Assembly (NCBI GenBank): GCA_038087875.1 | Contig: JAXLNO010000571.1 | Location: 124,001 to 188,000, forward strand | Direction of reading: 5' to 3' | DNA from: Malacoraja senta | Lineage: Eukaryota | DNA: 64,000 bases | In this document: positions 39,756-51,007 of the stretch, piece after piece | Layout of the letters: every line of letters begins with the position of its first letter | Position numbering within the stretch: position 1 is the stretch's first letter | Notes under the pieces: model-generated | Told to the model about the DNA's origin: nothing | Seen by the model: the letters and a program-made list of their open reading frames with translations, nothing else | Database searches by the model: none | Program-made: the position numbers and the translations under genes

Positions 39756-39856
39756 CTTGATTGTCTACTTTGTCATCATCTCTTGGAGGCGAGTACTTCG
39801 TCCTCCTGGTTACACGTTTTGGCAATCTTTTCCTCTTTAAGACATCACTTAATCGT
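39756..39856 (-). CDS. TRIP12: TRIP12 exon 10 ([33 protein letters not shown])
   Basis: ttctag|A, G|gtactg, 101 nt. Confidence 0.95.
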
Positions 39857-40254
39857 CTAGAAACAAAGCAAATGTCTTTACAGATAACCGTGACTATACC
39901 CGTTAAAATTTAATGCATTTCATGGAAATAAGTAGACCTGTAATTTACAATTACCAGGTAATTACCAAGGAAAATTATCCCCGTCAATAGAACACTGTTG
40001 AACTTCACAAATTGCAATGAAGCAAATAATCTGTGGTGTTGGTCAATATACTGATAGTTTTCCCTCATGTCTTGGCCAGCATCACAGAAAGTACAATGTA
40101 ACATCTTTCAGATGCTAACACATCATATCACTGCTGTCTACTGCATTGTTTAATAAAGTTTTCATTTTGCCTTCACGAGTCCAACTGAAGGTATGTTGGA
40201 CAGAAGTATATTGAATTAATTCCAAGAGAGACTTGGAAAATTATTTTTATACGG

Positions 40255-40990
40255 GGACAATATAGCACAGAAACAGGCCCTGTGCAGAAACATGATGCCA
40301 ATTTAAACTGCATATTTGTCTCCATATGGTTTAAATTTCTTAATTCCCTACCTGTTCACGTGTCTGTGTAAATGCCAATTTAATAATGTTATTGTACCTG
40401 CTTCCACCACTTCTCTTGGCAGCACGTTCCAGATTCTTACAATTGTGTAAAATTGTAACAAAAATCCTTTAAATCGTCCCCAATTCATGTTAAAGCTATG
40501 CCCTCTAGTATTTGATATTTCCATCTCTGGGGGGAAAAAGGCCATCTAATCTATCACTGCCCTCAACTGTGTACACTTCCATCAGTCACCTCTTAGACGG
40601 ATGAATCAGGAAAAACAATCCAAGTTTGACCAGCCTCTCTTTAAAACTAATACTAATCCTCTAATACTACCCCCCCCCCCCAAAAGCTTCCACATCCTCC
40701 CTAAAATGCAGCTACTAGAACTGCACACAATACTTCAAATACTTCAGGTATAGTTCCTGTAATGTTACAGTCCACTAATAATGAAATTCCTATCCAATTT
40801 CAAAATGCTGCAACGCGACCACCTGACTCTTCTACGCGATGCACCAATTAAAGGCAAGCATTCAGTATGCCTTCTTCACCACCCCATCACTGTGTTGTCA
40901 CCTTCAGTGAGCCACGGACGTGCACCCCAATATTCCATTGAACTTCCACGCTTTTAAAGGAACTGTCATTTACTGTACACTTTAAATATG
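40255..40990 (-). mobile_element. Old CR1 LINE 3' fragment
   Basis: SNTRGHSF...RIWNVLPREVVEAGTI. Confidence 0.75.
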
Positions 40991-42011
40991 ATCTTTGAAT
41001 ATCATAGGAATATCAGATAAAGCAATCCTTTTAAAACTTGTGCTAAACTATTCTGTATGTATTAAGGCAAAAAAAAAAAGTTCCCGTCAAAAAAAGCATG
41101 GTTTTAAATATACTGATTGAAATATGTCACATAATCAGCTAATACTTGAACTTCATTCTAAAGTTAAAATATTCCTTTCCAGCTTATATTTACAATTTAT
41201 CGTGATTTTTCAGTTTTTATGATATTATTGGCTAGCATTTGGCACAGAGTCTGTTCTGGCAAGAAGTGCATTCCCCACCTGCAACACTAACTCCTGCACC
41301 ACCTTACTCTTAAATATGATAGTTTAAATATAGTAAGCAGTGAAAAAAAAATATTCGTCCTTGCATCCATGTGCACACATTGCACTTTTGCCATCCAAAT
41401 GGCAAGCATTTGAGTGTGCAGATTTTTCTAATGAATATCCAGCCTAAGAGGGATAAAAATGTAAAGATCTGCCAAGCTCCTGCTGAGCTTCACTTTCTGA
41501 TGTGGATTTGCTTTCAATTTTCTTTAACACCAGTCTTATGATAGTCTACTTCCAGCCACCACGCTAAAATTAAAAGTGTGACTTTCCACATATATAACCT
41601 TCCACATCATTGATAAGAATAGCTTGTTACTTATTGGAAGCAAATGTTAAGCAGCATTGAGATACTTACCATGGAACAAAATATTAGTTTAAGATACTAG
41701 GGGTATTATTAGTGGCTCAGCAATGCCATTTTATTTCAAATCAATATTAAATGTAGCCCAATTCCAGCTGCATTTCACACCCTCTCGGAAAAGCAGCCAA
41801 ACGCATTCAAAAACGTTTTCCACTCCGGTCATTTCTCCTCCTTCCCACTCCAGTCAGGCGGAAGATATGTTTGAAAGCACGTCCCACCACACTCGGGAAC
41901 AGCTTCTTCCGCTCTGTTATTAGGTTTCTTAATGGTCCTCAATGTCATTGCAGACATAGAATTTTCTCTTGAACCATTGCACTCTAATGCTGAGAACTGT
42001 ATTCTGCACTA

Positions 42012-42850
42012 TCAAAGGACAAAGGACATTTATTGTCACATGCACCAATTGGTGCAGTGAAATTTGAGTTACCATGCAGCACACAAATAAGATAAACATA
42101 ACATTTTAGAATTGAACATAAAACATAAAAAACATCCCCCCCCCACAGCGGAATCAACATTTCCCACAGTGAGGGAAGGCACCAAAGTTCAGTCCTCTTC
42201 CTCAGTTCACCCGTGGTCGGGGCCTATTGAGGCCTCCGCAGTCGCCGCTACGGGCCCGATGTTTCAGGCCCTCGAACACTCTCAGCGGCCCAGAGCCTCC
42301 GAATCAGCCGCTTCCTACCGGAGACCGCGTCCGAAGTCCACAGGCCGAGCTGGGCGGAGATTCAACGCTGGTGACCTCGGCGAGAGATCCCAGGGCTCCA
42401 CGATGTTAAAGTAAAAGTCAGCGCCGCCATCGGCCGGAATGTCAGCGCCGCCAGCGGCCGGAAAGTCAGCGCCGCCAGCAGCCGGAAATTCAGCGCCGCC
42501 AGCGGCCGGAAGATCCACAGACCACAGCGCCACGGTGTAAAAGTCGGTAGTCGCTCGCTCCGCGATGGAATCCAGTGCTGCGCCGCTGCTGTAGCAGCTG
42601 AGGCTCTGGCCAGTCTCCGGCAGCGCCAATCCAGGTGATAGGCCGCAAGGAGGGGGGCGAAGATGCGGCTCGGAGAATAGTCGCATCCTCGACTAGGAAG
42701 TGACCAAGAAAAGTTTCCCCCTCCCCCCACATAAAAAAGACTAAAAGATATCCAAAACAAACTTAAAAACAGACTAAAAAAAATAACAAAAAGAATGAAA
42801 AGACAGACAGCTGCAGGCTAGGCAGCCACACTCGATGGCGCTACCACTCG
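42012..42850 (-). mobile_element. GC-rich non-coding retroposon with internal minisatellite
   Basis: 3' tail TGACAATAAA followed by tgtccttt repeats; CpG-rich body; no recognisable protein. Confidence 0.7.
42414..42509. repeat. 4 x 24-bp tandem repeat
   Basis: Unit aaagtcagcgccgccagcggccgg with minor variants. Confidence 0.95.
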
Positions 42851-43471
42851 AGTGAATCATTCTCTTCACTCCACCTATTGTACTTGAGTTTGGCTTATGT
42901 ATAGAATTCTGATTTGATTGGATAACGCGCAAAGCAAAGCTTTTCACTGTACCTCAGTACACATGACAATAATAAACCTAAATCTAGTACCTGGCAATTA
43001 CTGTACCCTTGCAAATCAGTTACCATGCTAAATTACAAACTTTATTACACTTCTGCAATATTTCAGTCTGCAAAGTACTGCTTCATAAACAAACAAAAAT
43101 CAGAACATTAGGTCATTCTAGGCAGATTTTTGAAGACGTGTTTCTTTTAATAAATACTTGTGCTTCAGGTTTACACAATGCCTGTTATGTCTGTCGAAAC
43201 GTACACTGAACCTTTACTGTTGGGGCATTATTGTGCAGCGCTACCAGGCATAGGGTGAATCGGATATAAATGAGGCTTCAACAAGTGATATCTCATAATA
43301 TTGTTTTAAATGTGCCCAGACATGGCATTTAAAAAAAATTAGTTGTGCCAGTTATTGAGTTGCACCTAACTAATATCCAAGATTATTCATCTGTTTGTTG
43401 ATCAATAAAATCCCAAAATGATGAGAATGCAGAAGCATTTTACTACATGAATGAAAAATGTTCAAACTTAC

Positions 43472-43670
43472 CCCTGGGGGCTTAAATCCAAAGAGTCGTC
43501 CATACTTTGGAAGCTGGGAGATCCTAGATCAGGAATGGTATTGCTTGCAGCTGTAGCAGTGCTAATTGTAGCCGTTGTGCCCAGACTTCCTATCCCACTA
43601 CTGCATGCCTTGGGCGGGCTGGTCAGCAGAGTCTCAGACTCAGCTAAGTTTTTCACTTGGTGCATCACTC
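43472..43670 (-). CDS. TRIP12: TRIP12 exon 9 ([12 protein letters not shown]...DDSLDLSPQ)
   Basis: tcaaag|GA, GG|gtaagt, 199 nt. Confidence 0.95.
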
Positions 43671-43829
43671 CTTTGACCAAAATAAAAAGTATTTTATACT
43701 TCTCAAAATTCCAAATTTTAATCACAGAAAGGAATGAAATTCAACATTGCGCTTAACTCTAGAAATAAGAGCAATTATCTGAGAGAATTAGTTCCATGTG
43801 TAAAGCACAAAACTGGCAAGAAATATTCA

Positions 43830-43997
<168 letters not shown>

Positions 43998-44974
43998 TCA
44001 GATAAGAGTAGAAGAATGCATACACGATAATTGATCATATCACTGAAACTAGTTTTGAATTAAGAAATGTGTTTGTGTAACAATGACATGATCAGTGGTG
44101 CTATTGAACAGTCCTTCATGTCGCAACCATCATGAACAGATAGTTTAAAATTACAATTTCCCAATCAGCTCTGCGTTACACTCAAATTAAAACCAATGTT
44201 TGAGTCAGTAATTACAATTTATGCCTCATTAAATCCCATTTGCAAGGCACATATACAAATATTCTTTCAAATTAACTTGGTATATTTTTGTAATTTTAGA
44301 CGTAACATCAGAGCTACAATATTTAAAAACTAAGATTGTTTTAAACTTTCATATTAATAAAAGGACAAAGTTTGTATATTAAGTTGGTTCCATCAATGAA
44401 AAGTGTTTGAGGAGTCGGGGATGTGGGGAAGTTATAAAACATTCCATCCTCCTAAGGCATCACTTCTTGTGTAAAACAGAAAGGCAATTCTGTAAAGTCA
44501 ATGGGGAGATATGACAGAAGGTAATTAAACCCACTGTGTCCATGGCAACTTTATGCTAACTAAATCACAACCCTGAAAATGTTAATGCATTGTACAATTT
44601 CTGGCACCAATGCCTTTGATGAAATGACATTCAACATATATTTACTGTTTCTCTCCACAGATACTGTTATACCTGATAAAGGCATTGAATACTACTTCTA
44701 ATTCACATTTCTAGTAACTAAAATCTACTTTTGGATATAAACATTTTAAATTGACACAACTTGGGGCATAACAAACTGCATCCATGACTATTTTGCAAAT
44801 TAATTTAGAACCACATCCTCTGGTTCCTTGCCTTCTTCCTCTATTAAGATTATAAAACCCAAAGTGAGGATAATTAGTGATTTTATACATATTCAATGTT
44901 CTGGTTCCCCATGCTCAGCAGAAAAAGTACACTTTTAAAATAAAAGTTCAAGATATTTTATAATTAATACCTAC

Positions 44975-45203
44975 CTGGAGACAGCATGATTTTTTAGAAC
45001 ATCCTTTAGAAGTTCAGCATCAGCAAAATAAATTATTCTAAGAATTGCTCTAAGGCACTTGTGTCTGACAGCAGGTCCAGCTGACGAACTATACACTTCA
45101 TACAACACACCAAACAATGTCTTTATAAAGCATTTAGCCAGGTCTGGATCCTCCCTCATTAGTTGAGCACGTGCATCATCCTTCCTGGTTTCAGAGTGAC
45201 CAC
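44975..45203 (-). CDS. TRIP12: TRIP12 exon 7 ([23 protein letters not shown]...NHAVS)
   Basis: atgtag|GT, AG|gtaggt, 229 nt. Confidence 0.95.
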
Positions 45204-45499
45204 CTACATAATTGAAAAAAATCTAACATCAGATTACTTTATTCTGACTGCTTCCATATCTGTATCAACATTCATAATAACTAATTAACTTTACTGAATT
45301 CAGGTAATCCCTATCCAATGGCAAGAAATTAAGGCAGGATGCTAATCTATTCCTACACCAGCAAATGTCTCATAGCCAAATGTTCAAAACAGGTTGGCTC
45401 AACTTAATTTCTGCTCTGGTCTTGAGCTTTGCATTGGCATTCACCAGCTAATATGAGATAGAGTATAGAGAGATCAGTGTGAGGTGTACTAAAACGCTA

Positions 45500-47395
45500 G
45501 GCAGAGATCAATAAGGTGGAGGGGTTGGATCTCTTAAAGAGCATTAAGGTGCATGTCCCCAAAGCCTGATGAGATTTATTCCAGGTTATTGCGAGTGGAG
45601 ATTAATGGGACCATTGTATCCTCTCTACCTGCAAGCAAGATCCCAGAGGACTGGAGAATATCGATTGTTATTCCTTTGATAGGGTAGGAAGTATGGGTAA
45701 CTAATAAATTAGGCTTGTGAGACTCAATGACAGGATGGCTATCGGAGAGGATTCACTTACATTTGGAAGAGAATGGGATAATTAGGGGCAGTCAGCATGA
45801 CCTTGACCACAGCAAGTCAATTTTTGCTAACTTGAATGTGTTTTTCGAGGTGACAAAGGTGATGGATGAGGATAGGGCAGTGCCAAGTTATCGACATGGA
45901 CTTCAGCAAGTCATTTGGCAAAATGTCCTCATGGTTGATTGCTCCAGAAAATTACAATGCATGCGATACACAGTGACCCAGTAGTCTGAATTCAGAATGG
46001 ACTTACGTGAAGACTGAGGATAGTGGTGGAAGGGGGCTGTGGCTGGAGGTGCAAGACAAGTGGTGCTGCGCAGTCAGTGCTGGGATCTCTCTTTGTGATA
46101 TTAACAACGACTTGGATGGAAAAGTAGATGGATTGTTTTAGTAAGTTTGCAGACATTACAAAAGGGCTGGAGTTGCAAACATTGAAGATGGCTGTCAAAG
46201 GAAACAGCAGGATATAGGGCAGGGAAAGGGCAGATGAAGATCAGTCCCGATTGGGTGGCACAGTGATACTACCTTACAGTGCCAGAGACCCGGGTTTGAT
46301 CCCGACCATGGGTGCTGTCTGTACAGAGTTTGTACGTTCTCCCCATGACCGCATGGGTTTTCCCTGGGAGCTCTCGTTTCCTCCCTCACTCCAAAGACAG
46401 GTTTGGAGGTTAATTGACTGCAATAAAAATAGTAAGTTGTCCCCAGTGTGTAGGGTAGCGTTAGTGTGCAGGGATCACTAGTTGGTGCGGACTCGGTGAG
46501 ATGAAGAGCCTGTTTCCGCACTGTCTCTAAACTAAAGTGTGAGGTATTGCATTTTGGGAGGTCAAATGCAAGGGTAAAGGATACAGTTAGACACAAAAAG
46601 CTGGAGTAACTCAGCAGGACAGGCAGCAACTCTGGAGAGAAGGAGTGGGTGATGTTTCGGGTTGGGACCCTTCTTCAGTTAATGGCAGAACTGTTAACAG
46701 CATCGATGTAGAATCACTAGCTGCTGAAAGTAGCAACACTAGCAGATTGAATGGTAAAGATGACATATCTATGCTCGTCTTCATTGGTCGGGGCATTAAG
46801 TCCTGTCAGGAAGTCGCTGCAACTTTATAACATTTTGGTAAGGCCACATTTGAAATATTGTGCGCATTTTCTGGTTTCTCCATTACAGGAAGATGTGCAG
46901 GCTTGCGAGTGGTGCAGAAGATATTTATTAAGATGCTGAATCAGAGGGTTGTACATGTACAATATAGAATTCATAATAATATAGTGGGTTGTACAAACTT
47001 GTATTGTTTTCTCTGGAAACTGAAGGGAGACCCGATAGATGTTAACAAAATGATGATCAGAGGCACAGTTAGGGTAGATAATCAGAATTTTTTGGGTGGG
47101 GATGTCAAATACTCGAGGACAAAGCTTAAAAATGAGAGGCTGTAAGTTAAAAAATGTGCAGGATAATTTTTTTTAACGTTTTTAAATTAATAAGCAGAGT
47201 GGTAGGTGCCTGACCCGTGCTACACGAGGTGACTGGAAGCAGATACTAGAGTGGTGTTGATTAGGCACATGAATATGTAGAGAACAGAGGGATATGGATC
47301 ATGTGCAGGTAGATGGGATTAGTTTAATTTGGGATCACGTTTAGCACAATAATAGTGGGCCAAATGGCCTGTTCCTGTGCAGTACAGTTGAATGT
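45500..47395 (+). mobile_element. Decayed CR1 LINE with a nested SINE (46253-46536) and a Penelope terminal repeat (~46585-46680)
   Basis: HLEENGIIRGSQH; LYNILVRPHLKYC; 3' end gggccaaatggcctgttcctgtgc. Confidence 0.8.
46651..46678 (-). ncRNA. Hammerhead-like core on the pre-mRNA strand (stem III non-palindromic)
   Basis: CTGAAGA-A-GGGT(CCCA)ACCC-GAAA-CA-TC. Confidence 0.4.
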
Positions 47396-48027
47396 TTGAC
47401 ACGTAATACTGATTAACACATCAGATCTTTAATTGTCACGGATAATACTGAGCTGTAAAGTTCTCACATTTAGAATCCAATCTGTGCTTATTCACCTACC
47501 CGTTCCTGCAAGAACACCAATTGGAACACGGAAAAAGTCACAAAGCACCAACCTGGTTAGAGCATTATGACCACCAATTCTAGGCACCAAACATTTGAAG
47601 CTATTGAAAAAATGTACATCTAGGTACGAGGGCTTGCAATTACACAAAGTAACCATTGACTTAATTACAGCCGATTCTACACAAGTCTTCAAAGTCGTGC
47701 ATTGAGAGAAACAATTATATTAAAGGTACGAGGGGAAAGATTTAAAAAAGAGATTGGAGAGACACCTTTTTCCAAAGACAGGCTTGTGTTTTTTACCATG
47801 TAGGAATTACAGCAGTCTTTATACATAGTCCCCCCATTTCAGGGCACCATAATGTTTGGGATGCAGCAAAGTCATGTTTAGTATTTTGTTGCACATCGTT
47901 TGCATGCAATGACTGCTTGAAGTCTGCAATTCGTGGACATCACCAGTTGCTGGGTGCCTTCTCTGGTAATGCTCTACCAGGCCTGTATTGCAGCCATCTT
48001 TAGCTTACGCTTGTTTTGGGGGCTAGT

Positions 48028-48253
48028 TACCATCGCCCGCCGGGGGCTTTGACTTTGACATCGGGAGAGAAATGGTGCAGGGGAGAGATAAGACTTTGCC
48101 TTCCATCACAGTGAAGAGGAGATTCACTGTGATGGATGTTTGTGTAAATAGTGTTGTGTCTTGGTTCTTTTTACTTGTTTGTATGACTGCAGAAACCAAA
48201 TTTTGTTTGAACTTAGGTTCAAATGACAACAAATAAATTGTATCGTATCATTG
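48028..48253 (+). mobile_element. Truncated non-coding retroposon nested in Tc1
   Basis: TSD tagt (48024-48027 / 48254-48257); tail tgacaacaaataaa followed by tgtatc-like repeats. Confidence 0.75.
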
Positions 48254-48329
48254 TAGTCCCCTTCAGTTTTCTCTTCAGCATATAAAAGGCATGCTCAGTT
48301 GGGTTCAGATCGGGTGATTTAATTGACTT

Positions 48330-49020
48330 GAATTGAATTTCTTTATTTGTCATTCAAAAACAAGTTTGAACTAAAGTTCGTTGCCATGTAGTCATAACAG
48401 TAAGAAAGCAACAAAACACACAATTAAACACAAACATCCATCACAATGAATCTCCTCCAGGCACCTCCTCACTGTGATGGAAGGTAAAAGTCTGATCTCT
48501 TCCTTGCTTCTTCTCCCGTGGTCAGGGAGTCAAACTGCTGCGTCGAGGCGATCGAGGCTCCCGATATTGAAGTCCCCGCTGGGCAATGGAAGACCCCACC
48601 GCCGATTTTAAGCCACGCCGAGCGATGAACGCCCCTGCGAACGGGCCGATTCAAGCCTTACGATTCTGGGTGGACGAAGCTGCTGTTGCTGGAGCTCCCG
48701 AAAATCGGTCATCAACCAGGGACCTGCAAGCTCCTGATGTCCCAGTCCACAGGGCCCGCGACCGAAGCCTCCGAAGTCGGGTCGCAGCCGCAGCGCCACC
48801 ACAGCCTCCGAAGTCAGGCAGCTCAGCGATGGTAAGTCCACAGGCTCTGCGACAGAGCCCTAAAGGTCAATTCCAGTTGGAGGCCGCCAGCTCCTCGATG
48901 TTAGACCTCAGCGCAAACGGAGATACGACACAGAAAAAGGTCACATCTCCATTGAAGAAAGAGATTTTTTTTAAAGTTTCCCCCACATAAGACACAAATA
49001 AAATACTATAACATAGATCT
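48330..49020 (-). mobile_element. GC-rich non-coding retroposon nested in Tc1
   Basis: 3' part is the reverse complement of 48085-48240; 5' aaagtttccccc..cacataa block shared with ~42710. Confidence 0.75.
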
Positions 49021-50853
49021 TCGCCACTCAAGAATTTACAATTTTTTAGCTTTGAAAAACTCCTTTGTTGCTTTAGCAGTATGTTTGGGATCATTGACTT
49101 GCTGTAGAATGAACCGCTGGCCAATGAGTTTTGAGGCATTTGTTTGAACTTGCGCAGATAGGATGTGTCCATACACATCAGAATTCATTATGCTGCTACC
49201 ATTAGCAGTTGTATCATCAACGAAGATCAGTGAGCCCGCACCTTACAGCAGCCATACATTCCCAAGCCATAACACACCCACCACCGTGTTTTACAGATGA
49301 GGTGGTATGCTTAGCATCTTGAGCAGTTCCTTCTCTCCTCCACATTTTGCTCTTGCCATCAGTCTGATATAAGTTAATCTTCGTCTCATCTGTCCACAAG
49401 ACCTTTTTCCAGAACTGTGGTCACTCTTTTAAGTACTTGGCAAACTGTAACCTGGCCATCCTATTTTTGAGGTTAACCAGTGGTTTGCATCTTGCAGTGT
49501 AGCCTTTGTATTTCTGTTCATGAAGTCTTCTGCAGTGGTCATGGACAAATCCACACCTGACTCCTGAAGAGTGTTTCTGATCTGTCAGACAGGTGTCTGG
49601 GGATTTTTCTTTATTCTAGAGAATTCTTCTGTCATCAGCTGTGGAGGTCACCCTTGGTCTGCCAGTCCCTTTGCGATTAGTAAGCTCACCAGTGCTCTCT
49701 TTCTTCTTAATGATGTTCCAAACAGTTGATTTTGGTAAGGCTAAGATTTGGCTGATGTCTCTCAGTTTTATTCTTGTTTCTCAGTCTCATTATGGCTTCT
49801 TTGACTTTCATTGGCACAACTTTGGTCCTCATGTTGATAAACAGCAATAAAAGTTTCCAAAGTTGATGGAAAGACTGGAGGAAAGACTATGTCCATGTAC
49901 TGAGAGCTTTCTTATACCTGCATTAAGGAGGCATTTAAACACACCCGAGCAAATACAAACACCTGTGAAGCCATGTGTCCCAAACATTATGGTGCCCTGA
50001 AATGGGGGGATTATGTATAAACACAGCTGTAATTTCTACATGGTGAAACCAAAATGTATAAAAATGGCCTTTAATAAAATCTGACAATGTGCACTTTAAC
50101 AACATGTGATTTTTTTCTATTACAAATCTCGAATTGTGGAGTACAGAGACAAATAAATGATGGGTCTTTGTCCCAAACATTATGGAGGGCACGGTAGTGC
50201 TAATATCTACAACCTATATAGACTTTTAAAATTAAATTAATAAATTAATATATAAAAATATTGGAGAAAAATATTAGTTACCAATAGTTATCCATGACTC
50301 CAAATTAAAGTTGTAAATTCAAGTCTCACTTGGTCTTGAATGAAAATTGGAATGTTATGGCGAATGAGTCAAATCTAAAATATTAAATCAATCTGCTTTC
50401 AGGAAGACAAAAGATTCACCGCACACTTTGAACAGCAGTATAGTTCTCCATACGGTCCATTGAGTTACATCTTTTAGTTTAGTTAATTGTATTGTGTACC
50501 AAGGTACATTGAAAAGCTTTTTTGCTGCATGCTATCCAGTCAGCAGAAAGACTACACAGTGTATAGATATAGGATAAAAGGAATAAAGTTTAATGAAAGA
50601 TAAAGATTTTAAAATTATTCTTTGTAGGATATTGCTGAATTGAAAAACCGACATGTTTCCCTCCATAAATTAATTGGAGCCAGCAGTCTCAGAAAGCACC
50701 CTATGATGAAAAGTTGTCTCTTATCTCAACCATTTCATGTACAAAACCACCTTTAGCTACAAAAAGACTCAAGTCAATGCAGGTGTATTTTCAAACCTTA
50801 ATTACTTTTACTTTGAGACTAACAAGCTTTAAGGTTAATTCATAAGTACTCAC

Positions 50854-51007
50854 CAGTATTCGTGTTGGCCAATGGATTGGGTTTTCTCTGAATAGCACGG
50901 GCTGTCCCAGTGTCCTCATTGATCTGCTGCATAGAGTTAAAGTCAATAGTATAAACTCGACCCAATGTTGACAAGCTTATTTCATCCTCACCCACTTGAT
51001 GGGCCGC
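50854..51007 (-). CDS. TRIP12: TRIP12 exon 6 ([12 protein letters not shown]...[25 protein letters not shown]; WWE C-half)
   Basis: ttcacag|GCG, ACTG|gtgagt, 154 nt; possible internal acceptor with the exon starting at 50926. Confidence 0.93.

Larger units (their letters stand above)
41770..42990 (+). mobile_element. Rex1/Babar-like LINE 3' end, split by the insertion at 42012-42850
   Basis: Degenerate ...SGGRY...NSFFRSVIRFLN C-terminus; tail ttttcactgtacctcagtacacatgacaataataaa. Confidence 0.6.
47790..50194 (-). mobile_element. Decayed Tc1-family (IR/DR type) transposon
   Basis: Transposase remnants MRTKVVPMKVKEAIMRL (ATG 49832), WTDETKINL...SVKHGGGCVMAW and a C-terminal RLQAVIACK; DR gtcccaaacattatgg at 49977 and 50170, inverted at 47847; TA at 50195-50196. 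Confidence 0.9.

Noticed and set aside
42112-42760. Overlapping 100-130 aa ORFs on both strands (also 12779-13159 and 48586-48990)
   Set aside because: Stop-poor GC-rich repeat sequence with no recognisable domain or splice support.
42790-42855. Possible HDV-like ribozyme at the retroposon 5' end (GGC-TGCCTA-GCC)
   Set aside because: A P3/L3-like hairpin is present, but no P1 or P2 partners could be found.
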